DNA of 64,000 nucleotides from Balanoglossus misakiensis (Eukaryota > Animalia > Hemichordata): NCBI GenBank assembly GCA_040954595.2, contig CM082592.2, positions 1,674,001 through 1,738,000 of the forward strand, in the 5' to 3' direction. This document shows, piece by piece, positions 1-12,700 of the stretch; the stretch's first letter is position 1; each line of letters opens with the position of its first letter. Made by a program: the position numbers and the translations under genes. The notes under the pieces were generated by a model. The model was given only the letters and a program-made list of their open reading frames with translations, ran no database searches and was not told the origin of the DNA.

Positions 1-2725
1 TTTCTTACACGCACTACACTTACGTCTCAGTGCGAGTTACAAAAGACGGTGATAAAAGAATCATAAAAGCAGCAGAAAAATTAAAAAGTCTCAGTTAAAA
101 TTCCGTCTAAAAAAAAACCCATACAGAAGATGATCCTAAAAAATTCGATCACAAATATTATTGAAAAGATGAGTTTTTAAACGGCGTTTAAAACAGTCAA
201 CAGATCTGGCGTTGCGAATCACAGGCGGCAGCGAATTCCACAGAGCAGGTGCACAAACAAAGAATGCTCTCTGCCCATATGCCTTATTAAAGTTTCCACG
301 AGGTGGCACCAACCGCAAAGAGTCAGCTGATCTGAGATCTCTGACAGGGGTGTAAATTTCAAGCAAATCGATTAAATAAAGTGGTGCAAAGCGATGAATG
401 ATTTTATAGGTAGTTAACAAAATTTTGAATTTGATGCGAGCATCAACCGGCAGCCAGTGCAGATCAATGAGAACAGGTGTGATGTGATCGAACTTCCGAG
501 TCCAGGAGACGAGACGAGCCGCAGCATTTTGAAGTGATTGTAGGCGATCCAGCTGAGCCTTATTAATACCATACAGGAGACTATTACAATAATCAAGCTG
601 AGACGTAATGAATGCATGGATCATCTTTTCCGTTGTATGATTGTCCAATAATGGGCGGATCTTGCCAATTCTAGATAGTGCGTAGAAACCTTTCCTGCAG
701 ACATGACTAATATGATCAGAAGCGGAACCGTCGTTGTTGAGCATAACACCAAGATTGCGAACTGAAGTCGACGGGGCTATATCAAACTCGCCTATCCTAT
801 AAGGCTGGAAATTTTCACCGCATCTGATCTCAGACGTGACGAAAACTGAATCACATCTGTCTTATTGTCATTAAGAATCAACATATTGGATCTCATCCAC
901 CTGCGAATTTCGTCTACGCATATCTCAAGAGGAACCTGAACTTCATCAGGTCTCTTGCACACAACATAAATCTGCGAGTCATCAGCATACAACATGTAGT
1001 TGAAGTCATGCTTGACAATGATGTCTTCAAGAGGCGCTGTATACAGTGTGAAGAGAATCGGTCCCAAAACAGAACCTTGGGGGACGCCATATGTCATATT
1101 TGAACTGGATGATGTAAATGAACCGATCTTTAAACGCTGATTACGATTGCTGAGATAGGATCTGAACCATGATAAAGCTTTACCAGTGATGCCAAAACGG
1201 AATTGAAGTCTGTGAAGGAGTATATCATGGTCCACCGTATCGAAGGCAGCAGACAAGTCCAACATGACAAGGAGAACATCTTTCTTTTCGTTGAGAGCGA
1301 GCATGATGTCATTATGCACACGTAGAAGGCAGTCTCTTTGCTGTGGTGAGCGCGATACGCACTTTGGAACTTGGTTAACAGTGAATGATTAGCCAGGTGA
1401 ATGTTCAATTGCGAGGCAACAACCCGTTCAAGTAATTTCGATAGAAATGGCAGATTTGACACAGGTCGGTAGTTCTTCGGACTGTTTGGATCAAGGTCCG
1501 GGTTTTTCAGCAATGGCCGAATGATCGCAGATTTAAAATGACTGGGAACGACGCCAGATGATAGTGATGCATTAAAGAGCTGCGTAATGAACTGTGCAAG
1601 AACATAGGCGAATTTCTTAATATAAATTGTCGGGAGAATATCCAGATCGCATGATTTTGGAGCTGCCCGTTCAATAAGAGTACTAACCTGATGCATGGAC
1701 ACCTCACTGAAAGTTGGTAAATTGTGAGGTGGTAAGGTGTTGCCGGTGTCAGTACTGCAACTGATAAGGCCCTCACGAAGATTGGCAACTTTAGAATTGA
1801 AATAGCTCAGGAATCTGGATGGTAGTTCCTTCAATGGAATTTCACTGGGTACAGCTTTAGCGTTGATAGCTTTCGTATCAGATAGCTCAGAGACGATCTT
1901 AAACAACTTCTTGTTATCTGCCTCTTGGATGCGAGCGCGATGGTAGTCGGCCTTTAGTTCGTCACAGCGGCGAAAATATTCAGTTCGCTTTATCAGAAAA
2001 ATCGGCCGATCAATCTCGAGCTTTGTCGAGCAATACTTTGACTCCAGCCGTCGCACATTCTTTCTTAGCATCAGTAGCTCTTCGCAGTACCATGGAGCAC
2101 GTACCTTTTCAGTCACCAATTTCTTCTTAATGGGCGCTACAGTGTCTAATATCTTATTAACGGTGTCGTAATAAAATGTAGAAATGGCTTCAGCGTTGAA
2201 ATCTAGTGAGTAAGTGGACAGCTTGGTAGAGATTTCATCTTGCAAGACGTCGATGTTAACAGTTCGGAAATCGCGACGCGAAATACTCACTTTTTTGGGT
2301 GCAGGGCGTCGGAAATTCAGATCAAACCGTATGAGACTATGATCAGAGTTCATAGAGTTCGATACATCCACCGAGTGAACAAGCTCATCTGTCGAACGTG
2401 TAATAAGAAGATCTAGAACATGGCCCCTGTTATGTGTCGGCGTGAGAATATGTTGATGTAACCCCATAGAGTGCAACAAATTCATAAACTTGACTGTGTC
2501 GGGCGAGTTCAGTTCATCAGCGATGAAGAGATGGCCGGGCGATGGTACAGCGGACTCAAGTAGGGTGGACAATTCAGCGAGAAACCCATTGACGGTTGAA
2601 TTATTCTTCTGCGATTTCGGTGGGCGGTAGATTGTAATAACACGTAAAGACTGGCTAGATGATTTAAACGTGACGTCCAAACACTCAAAATATTGGTATG
2701 AACCGGCTCGTTTCTCTGTAACACT
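1..2725 (-). mobile_element. L2-clade (CR1 group) LINE, 5'-truncated, degraded ORF2 (end of APE endonuclease + RT)
   Basis: ORFs 1130-2680, 792-1319 and 136-744 join into ORF2 with YRPP, GHVLDLLIT, SDH, NYRPVSNLPFLSK, DLSAAFDTVDH, GVPQGSVLGP, YADD and the L2 C-terminus LDYCNSLLYG..LHWLP. There are frameshifts near 1325 and 790, and the GDFN motif is deleted. An L2-type 3' UTR runs to the window start. Confidence 0.93.
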
Positions 2726-2727
2726 AA

Positions 2728-3166
2728 AAATGGGTCACCTTATAAACAATATTTTTACTAGCAATTGTGTCAGGGAGACAATGCAGTTATTTACACGCAA
2801 TGTCACATTCGTTGGGATTCAGGTGGGGTTACACTCATCCCAGCCGCAGGTTTCCTGGCTAAAAATGACTCTATGTCTTATATGGCCAAAAGCCTTAAAA
2901 TTCCCAAAATATCAAACTTCTCAGGGGATATTGAGGATAGACATATTTGTCCATATAGAGCTTTGAAATATTATATCACAGCCACAAAAGATATCAGAAA
3001 TAATACAAGTCAACTGCAGTTATTCTAGGGAGTACCTATGAATGACATCATGGAGGCTGCCTCTTGGGCAGTGAACACAACATTTACCTCTTTCTATCTG
3101 AGAGACATGTTAGAGGGCAGAGGCACATTTGGAAAGGCAGTTCTGAGCTCTACAAAGTTCAAGTAA
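2728..3166 (+). mobile_element. DIRS-like retrotransposon tyrosine recombinase fragment (internally deleted)
   Basis: Translates to TIFLLAIVSGRQCSYLHAM (Arg box), CPYRALKYYITATKDIR..QLF, then after TAG 3026-3028 in the same frame GVPMNDIMEAASWAVNTTFTSFYLRD..FGKAVL, the typical DIRS1 YR C-terminus. The HxxR box is missing. Confidence 0.82.
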
Positions 3167-3204
3167 TTTAGGTGAGGACATATAGGCTAAGGTCAGTAAT
3201 ATTG

Positions 3205-3667
3205 GTCCTGATCCCCACCGCCTATTGAACTTTGAATTCTGTTTTAGCCTATAGTATACCGGTAGTCCTAAAGAAGAAAAGATATTGAACAAAAAATGAT
3301 AAAAGAAAAAACAATGTTGAACAAAAAAATACAAAAGAAAAACTCGAAAAAAAAGATAAAATGGAAAAAAAGTGATTGTTAATTTATTCAAATCAGTGAA
3401 TCCCTACCGTTGGTTTGTACCTTGTCGTGATGGTAGGGCAACTGACCAGTGGAGGTGCGTGAGTGTGCGATACGCAGCGGAGCAGTGTCGGTCAGAACAA
3501 AGGGGGCGCATGTCAGTGCGGTAGTCAGTGCTACTGACCTCTGTAGCCATGGTTTGGAGCGGCGACCCACAAAGCACGAAGGCGTGACCTCTCGTGGTGA
3601 GTAAAGTAGATCATAGACCCTCGGTAAATGGTTTAACAAATTATTGTGGTCACTGGCGTAGATAATA
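3205..3667. repeat. 463-bp segment, donor copy of the near-identical direct repeat at 6180-6642
   Basis: gtcctgatccccaccgcc...ggcgtagataata occurs at both positions with only a few differences. Confidence 0.95.
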
Positions 3668-4966
3668 GGAGCGGGTAGCCTGTACGGGTGGACCACAGTC
3701 GCTTGTTACTCCTGGTCGGATCCAACCTGCCACGCATGACACAGCCGACTGGCCCGGCACGACCACGTAGTAAACAAGCGACTGTGCGATGGAAAAGGTT
3801 AGATTCGTTGCCTATTTCTCTCTCCGGACACTCCATGGTCAACATATGCACACTGTATATTAGATACAAACAGCCACCCGTTACAGTATTTTTCTTAATA
3901 CTAGACCACGAGACCATTCCCATCCACATCACATTGTTCAATCAACTGCTTAGAACCTACACCAGTATATCACATTAAAAACCTGTAAAATGTACATTGT
4001 GGTAAAAGAGCGAACTTCACTAATTGCTATTTTTCACAGAATCACCGCACGTGACAGATTTGAAGACACGAGTTTTGGGGTCGATGGGCGAGAGAGGGTT
4101 CACCTACAAACGATACCAACGATGAATTTGAAAACGGTCGCTTTCGAGTCACCATGGCAACATTTTGTTAACGTCTGCGATGAACTCCCAACATTGAACA
4201 CACTGTTGAGATTGGTTTATTCGTCACTGTCTACGCAGATTTTCGTAATACACCGCGTTTGATATATAGTGTTTTATGGGCAGCGAACACGGCAGTGAAT
4301 GAAACAGGTGGGTCGCAGAACTGGGCCTTACATCATTACAACAACTGGATTGAAGGATGGCCAATACCCGTGGAGAAACAACGCATATGCGGCAGCAAAG
4401 ATGTTGTTATGTAGAACGACCATTGGTCGACGAAATCGAACTATAAAATATTAATACCATAGCAGATATGCGGACCACTGGACATGTGAATAATACACGC
4501 AGAACACAGGTCAACTGTGACTGAACTGGCCAGACAAAACCATACCAAAATCAATAATCAGCTGTCAAAAATGATTTTACGAAGCAAAGTAAACACCTAC
4601 ACACCTACATTCTACACGCACGCCACACGTGCATTCCCTATCTAAGGCATGTACCTTGTCGTCGTGGTGGGGCAACTAATTGGTTAGCTAATGATGGCTG
4701 TAGTCACGGAATTACGTGCTTTAATGTTTACTGGAAAAACAAACAAGCAACAAAACGTGCGATTCAATACATTATATTGCAATTTCAATTGATCAGTAAG
4801 GCTCATGCAGACGTCATGTGCTACCAGTTAGAACAAAACATGCCACAAAATCCGTAGAAACTGCGCGTCAACTCCCTTGTGGGGCAACGATTCCTGGTTC
4901 CATAGATCCCAGAATAACCGCAAGTTCAAGTTTCACCCCAGGCCGGAAAAACTGATCAGTACCTAA

Positions 4967-6179
4967 TAGACCATGAGCCAGTATAGGTTTACCCCCCCCC
5001 CCCCTTGGGGGAATTTTTGAGACAATGTTTTTCTGAAAGCCTATCATATACTGAGGAAAATTCACTTTGTTTGCCATCTGGGCACCGGGCGTTCTCGAGT
5101 TATTGGCTTCTAAATTATATTGGGTAACGTATGCAGGAAACCCTAAAAGTGCATATAAATTGACGTAGGGGGGTAAATTAGTCTTGTAAAATACTGTCTC
5201 TCTGAACGTATACCTAGAACAACAGGGATGTATTTGGTATCAAAGAAAGCTTAATAAACAAGCTTTCCATTAATTACAAAATAAGAGTGATAGGACAAAT
5301 CATGACATCATGGTGACGTCATAAGTCAAAATACCCTTACGAAAATGGTGTTCTGTTCACCTATAAATGTGAGGTTTTGCAAAACATGTCTCTGTGCAAT
5401 TGTACTGATGAAAACTGTGATGTGTTTGGTATCAACAGAAAGCTGATTGAGTAAAGTATCTAATTATTGCAAAAAATTGATATGATAATTAATTACGTCA
5501 TCATTACGTCATACTTCCATGTACCCTTACTAACTAGTGACTATGATGACAAGTTATTACCCTAGGAGATAGGTGCCTTTGAACAAAATTGTTGGTAAGG
5601 AAGGTTTGTGAAGTCCATTCTATGTAAAAAATGGTGCTGATTCCAAAAAAGTCAGTCTTATTGACCCCACCCAAGACAAAATTGCCATTTTTGGCCACAT
5701 TTTTGAGGTCAAAAAGGTCATTTATACAAAAAAACTAAAAACAAACTGTTTTCTTCATATTCAGAGATCATGTGATATATGTAAAGTTTATGCTATGTAA
5801 AATAGTTCTAATTCCAGAAATAGCAGTCTTATTGACCCCCACTCAAGGCAAAATTGCCATTTTTGCCACTTTTTGCCCCCAAAATGTCATTTTTAGAAAA
5901 CACTCAAAACTTATATATGTTCTTCACTTTCAGAGATCTGATAATGTATTATATACCCACCCTGTGTAAAATTTGGTAGGTATTCAAAAAAGTAGGTTTA
6001 TTGGCACCACTCAAGATTAAAGTGCGTTTTTTGGCAAGTTTTTGCCCAAAAGGCCATTTTAAGAAAATAATTAAAAGCAAACTTTTTTCTTTATATTTGG
6101 AGATTTGATGATGTATGAAAAGTCCATGTTTTGCCCAAAAAGGGTCATTTTAGAAAAACATTCCATTTTCTTCTAAATA
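4967..6179. mobile_element. Left part of a non-autonomous Academ-type DNA transposon
   Basis: Starts tagaccatgagcc (TAG terminus). 5077-~6170 is colinear and highly similar to 55325-~56300 inside the TIR/TSD-defined element at 54700-57672. No right end found. Confidence 0.65.
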
Positions 6180-6642
6180 GTCCTGATCCCCACCGCCTAT
6201 TGAACTTTGAATTCTGTTTTAGCCTATAGTATACCGGTAGTCCTAAAGAAGAAAAGATATTGAACAAAAAATGATAAAAGAAAAAACAATGTTGAACAAA
6301 AAAAATACAAAAGAAAAACTCGAAAAAAAAGATAAAATGGAAAAAAAGTGATTGTTAATTTATTCAAATCAGTGAATCCCTACCGTTGGTTTGTACCTTG
6401 TCGTGATGGTAGGGCAACTGACCAGTGGAGGTGCGTGAGTGTGCGATACGCAGCGGAGCAGTGTCGGTCAGAACAAAGGGGGCGCATGTCAGTGCGGTAG
6501 TCATGCTACTGACCGCTGTAGCCATGGTTTGGAGCGGCGACCCACAAAGCACGAAGGCGTGACCTCTCGTGGTGAGTAAAGTAGATCATAGACCCTCGGT
6601 AAATGGTTTAACAAATTATTGTGGTCACTGGCGTAGATAATA
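6180..6642. repeat. Second copy of the 3205-3667 segment (templated insertion)
   Basis: Near-identical copy flanked by ttcttctaaatagtc at 6168-6182 and 6673-6687. Confidence 0.95.
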
Positions 6643-6750
6643 CTAAGAATACTTAGAAAATACTAAAAAACATTCTTCTAAATAGTCAGGTGGAAATTTC
6701 AGAAAATGAGCATTTTAAAAGCTAATGTACTATTTGCTATCAACTTGCAG

Positions 6751-9700
6751 ACTGAATCTCAGGCTATTGACATAAAACGAGAAGATGGTGATTCGATACG
6801 AATATGGATAAAATCTTATGATGTTATCAACAATACTGCAATGGACGATATTCTCGTTCACGTGGATTCATCGCCTCCTGTTTTGGCTGATCTCTGGCTT
6901 TCAAAAGATGGCGTCGAACAACTGGCTGTCCACAAGTCGGAAGAACTTTATGAAATGAAGTAAGACAAAAAATGATCCAGTAAATTGAATGTAGTTTACT
7001 ACGATTCGTTTTTAGATTTTTCCTACATAGGTGAATTCCTGTAAGTGTCCTTGTTGGAGTAAGGCACGTGGTGATAACGCCACGCAGTTACTTATACAAC
7101 TAGCTATGCATTTAATTACATGTATAACTGCCATCCGGGAATAAACTACACCATGAGATTACATTCGATAAATGTAGCATGTTTGTGTTGGGATTCTCTT
7201 TTCCATTTTACATGGTGACTAATTCTTTACTTTCATTTCTGCTACAGCCAGATTCTGCAAAATGTTTGTGTGAGAGCAACTTTCGCTCTAATCAGTGTCA
7301 CCTCACCTCTCACTAACCCCACAAAACGACACCCTACCCAGACTACTCCACTCTGCTCAAGCTATTCTAGCTACTGTACTGTATTGTGCTTTACTGTTCT
7401 CTATTGTACCGTACCCTACTAAACACCACTCAACTCTACTATACTCAAGCTACTCTATTCTACTGCTTCGCTTTACCCTGTACTACACAACGGTTTGTGT
7501 TGTGCTGTGCTGGGCTTTGTTTTGTTTTGTTATGTTGTGTTGTGTTGTGTTACCTGTATGACCTTTTCTTGTCTTGCCTCGTCCACAGTATAACATTTAC
7601 AGCATACGATCAGCATAGTGGTTTGTTTACTATGCGGTGGAAAATACATGACATGGAAAACAGCTCACTCATATATGGAGATGGTTCGATACCTGTTGTA
7701 AAGCTCGAGGTAAAATCATATTTTAGTCCATGGCCGTTGATATGCATTGTTATATTTAAGAAATATACAAAATACATTTAATTGGCGCTTTTATGTCATT
7801 GATTATATATATCTTAAGGATTGGGTCTGCAAGGCTGATTTTGACATGTGTTTCTCCTAAGGGGTCGATTAGCCAATAAAACCCATTTTCAATAACCATA
7901 ATCTACATGATTTCTTTAGAAAACTTTAGTGTCTGTTTTCGTAAACAATTTTGGTTGACACCGTTTAAAAACAGGTGAAGAAAATGTTGAATAAGTTGAC
8001 CTTTTATGGTTGTACAAAAGATGATGGAAAGTCTCTTTCCACTGTCTATGGTTGTATCTGCATAATCAGAGTAACTCCATAAAGCGAGCGTGTAGACCTA
8101 ATGTGAACACGAAAAAGATAAAACATACATAAGCAGTAAAGTCCTTTGGCTCCTTTGTCAACTTTTCCTATGATTCAACGTTTTTAGATTTAGGAAAGCG
8201 CCGATTAGAAGGTAATCGCGCAACTTATTGTTGTTGGAAATGACTCGTGCTGGCAAATTGTTTCCATATGCCTTATGCTAAAATAAGGAACATATGATTT
8301 AATCTGGGATAATCATATATCTGTTACCATTTGCAGGATTAGTTTTAATTGTGAGCTTTAACTAATATAGCTTATTGTACCGAGTGTCATGTGTTCTATT
8401 GCAGCCACAAAACTGTTCATCACCCAGTTGCATATGTATTCCAAAAGGAGAATGTTACTTAACTGAATACACTATTGACTTAGATGCAAGCAACTTCGAA
8501 GTTCCAAGTGGCACCCATGACCACGACTATATCATCACGGTTACAGTGGAAAATAGTCCTTTGATGTCAGTAAGCAAGGAACTTCAGGTATGTGGATTTT
8601 GCACAAGTTTTGTCTTGACATCTATGAAAACAACAACTCATTACACTTACAAATTATCGAATGACTTGGATCATTGGAGTATTTTATGCTGTGGTATGCT
8701 TAATGAAATTATCCTTCATATACATTCATGTGTTAACTCCTCTTTCCTTTTTTCAACGTCAAGGTTACCATTGACACCAGTCCACCAGAGACAGGTTACG
8801 TTCATGAAGGATTTCAAGGTCAACCTGACATAGACTATCAGCAAGATCTGACCATTCATGGATGGTGGGAAGGTTTCTTTGACAGGGAGAGTGGCATTTT
8901 GATGTATGTGCATGTCTTTGGAGAAGAATGCTTTGATAATGTCGACAGCATTACCTTCCCAACAACACATCCTGTAAGTCTTATATTAACGTTCCTTAAA
9001 CGTAATTTGTGTCTGATTTATGACTTTATTCATTTCGGGTTTTATAACTGAAGTTTGTAACTTCAGTTTTTGTACGACCAAGCAACCACCCACCACCGAC
9101 AACAACAATATATGCATAAAGAAAATTAGAGGCACGGTTTTGAATGATATTACCATACTATAGTCATTGCAAGAAGGTCAAACATAAAGCATATGTTTAT
9201 TCGCTGTTAACCCCGGTAAAATAGATTTAAAAATCTACGAAAATACATATAACATATTAACAATGCTTGTGTTTAGAATCAGATTTGCCAATATCTGATT
9301 TTTACGAAATTATGAACTTTTGGTTTGATTTATTTGAACTTCGTTATGTGACAGAAAACTGTAATGTCTGTAAGTGTCGGTTTTGTATATATACCATCGT
9401 TTCTTTTGTTTTTCACAGATTATAAATGCTACCACCACACACGCAAGTTGGACTGCTCCATACCCAGGAACCTACCACTGCACAGTCATAGCGTACAACC
9501 AAGCCCTTGATCCATCAGACCCTGTTTGTTCAGATGGCGTAACCATTGACGTCACAGAACCTCAAGTTGAAGAGATCGAGATTGCAAATCTTCGAACGCA
9601 TGGAGGAGCTGTTAAAGATGACAACCAAACAGTCTGGCTGATTGATGAAAACGGTTTTCGATGTGAAGTGGCAAATCCTTCTGAGGATTGCAGGTATTTT

Positions 9701-12700
9701 GCATGTCTAAATGCTTCCCTCTATACTTATTGACTGTTCTATAGTACCAAGACAAGGATGAATGAACACCATTTACAGTTACATACGCAATATTTCCAAA
9801 GCAAGCCGTGTTCGTTGACAAAAAGATATATATCATGGAGAGGGTCATATGTATGTACAGTGATTCATTACCAAGTCGCTATATACAGTATTATAATATA
9901 CCTCATGCTAATGCTGTGCCGTGATTCGCCAGAATCCGTCACGTGATAGGAAAATAGAATCGACTATGAACCGCTAGGGAAATAGCAGAAAAAATATAAA
10001 CCGGTCACGTGACCAACGTGACGTCACAGACTCGGGTCACGTCAATCAGCGTCGCGTCGTCTGACACGATGGCCACCGCTGAAGATGTCGTCTGCCAACC
10101 TCAAGAGAAAATTGCAAGATTTTCCCAGCTGTTAGCATGAGGTTTATTATAAAACACCTATAGCCTGGCCTATATTCGGGCCATAGCAGCCGTTTTTACC
10201 CCCTCGTGACTTTGAGTTACCAGAATCATATGCTATTATATTAAATTATATTAAATTATATTAAATAGCATGTGATTCTGGTAACTCACAGCCCCTCGGG
10301 TGTAATAAACGGCCGCTATGGCCCTCATGGCCAGGCAATAGGTGTTCAATATGATATCCCATAAGCACAATTATTGTGAAGGGAGTATATGCAACGCAGT
10401 CAGTTTTGATGACACACATATCCGAGTAATTGTTATCGTTCGTTTGATTCAAGGAATACTGCTCGCATTGTTGAGGATGTGACATCATGGCCCATATTGA
10501 GAAATACAGATGGTACGCGCGCCTATCAATCAAAGTTGTGGTGATAAGGAATGCCTTAGCGTTGGGCCCTATCCTGGTTACGACTACCTTGTAAATGAAA
10601 ACATGGTATGTATGTCAAGATTTTGATTCCTTTAAGGTATTTCCCCTGGGTGACGTTTAAGGGAAATGTCCATCAAGAAGTTTCAAGTTAAGGAACACGA
10701 GGTGTTGTTGTTTTTATTATCACAGTCCGTGCAAACAACAAAGCAAAGGGGCTAATTCTCGCTAATGTATTTGTAAAATTGAAATACATGTACGTGTATT
10801 TGTTAAACCGTGTTATAGTTGACCACACACATGGTATCAAAGAATATGCTACACATGTACATAGTTATTTCAACCACGGGGGGACAGTACACAACGCCAT
10901 ATATGCCGTTCATTGAAATATATTAATGGAATTAAATTTTCAGCTAGCTGTTTCGTGGAAAGGTGCAGACAATGAAAGTGGAATTCACGACTATATGGTT
11001 GGTTTAAGTAGCACAAATCAAGGGTTAGACACCGATACCCTACCTATGACGTCAACACACTCTCATCCAAGATTTCTTACATACCACCCGAATCTTGGTG
11101 AAGGTCTGGTATTTCACGTCATTATCCAGTCGATTAACAGAGCACAGATAACAACAACAAAGGTTTGTGAAAAAAATATTTACGTCTGCAAACACATGAA
11201 GCCCAGTTGGAATATCGCGATCACATACATTTGCCGCGGAGCTGGTGTTTCCGGCCGGCGGAAAGAGAAATGATAATATTGTAGAGTCGTTTTAAGCATG
11301 GACCTATAGTAAGTATGGGTTGGGGAGGGGTGTATAGGGGCGTGGCATTCTGCTTCTGATGATAGCATATGTATTTAACCATATCTTCCTTATGCGTCAA
11401 CGTTTGCCATTTGAAACCCAACTATAAAAGGGGCATAAATCATTGTTTTGTTTTATAAATCTTGATTTATATCACGCTTACTGCATGAAACCATAATTAT
11501 ACGAGATTCTGACTCGTCGAAATGCAGATCAAGTTTGTCCAAAGCTCACTATTCTTGGTTATGAATTTAGCCATATGTGTAGTTTTGAACATTCTCTCTC
11601 TCTCTCAAGCATGTTCAACCGTATAATTCTTTCCATACTCTAAATATTCTGTTCCACGCTAAAACTAACAAGAGAATTGCGAGAATGTACCACAATACAT
11701 TATATTAGTACAGTTTGGATATTTCAAAAGAATGTATTTCGGAGGCCTTAATAACTTGAACCTAAAATTTAATTAGATTTCGCCAACGCTGTTTGAAATG
11801 CGAAATATGCATGGAGCTGGTGAAATCCGTTAAATAAATTAAAATGGAATGGAATGATAACCAAATGATATATTTATGTATATAATAGGTCATTGGTCCG
11901 ATAATAGTTGAGGTGACTCCTCCAGAATTTATTGGAACAATTTTAGTCGAACATAAAAAGTTTGGCGGTCAAGAGTATCTTCTGGCAAGATGGCAGGATG
12001 ATGATTTCTTCGAGAAAGATGACCCAGAACCACTGTCAGACTACAGAGTTGCAGTCGGTAAGCCATTATAATTAATGAGAAAATGAAAATAGTCCAAAAA
12101 CTTCAGACAAAGTAAATGACACATTCATTCGAACGAATCATTTTTTTAAGGGAACATGGATCAGCTTACAATATAGTTTATAATAACTCATCCAAACAAA
12201 ATATTATGCATTTTACTAAACAGGTTTCACGCCGTACGGTTCCCAGCTGTTAGACTTTACACCTTTTGATGAGTTTGATAATGCAACATGCAACGAAAAG
12301 GAGCAACCATCCTGTATTGCCATAGCAACATATCTCCTGGATTGGGATCTGCATGGTGATCATATTTACTATGTGTCAATCAAAGTTACAAATGCTGCTG
12401 GTTTAAGTGTCACTGCTACGTCAGAACCTTACAGACACGTGACTGCTCTGCCATCGGTTGGTGTTGTTCTGGATACTGTGGATCCACAGAAGACAAGGAA
12501 TTCCATTGGGGTGAGTTTATATTTAACAAGCATGTGCACGCATTTTTAAAGTTCATTTTCATTTATACATCCTAAATGGACAAATGTGTGTACATTACAT
12601 ATAACTGTCACCAATAAATTCGTTTCAGCTGTTGAGAAAAGAACAAGGAAACGTAATTCGCGTGATATACATTGTTACTATTGCAGGAACTGCCAGACAT

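Noticed and set aside
3400-3450. HDV-like or hammerhead ribozyme (gggcaac resemblance)
   Set aside because: Could not build P1/P3/L3 (no TCCnCG loop) or a CUGAnGA/GAAA core on either strand by eye.
3205-6642. 463-bp direct repeats as the LTRs of a retrotransposon
   Set aside because: No TG..CA ends, PBS, PPT or gag/pol between them. The flanking duplication surrounds only the second copy.
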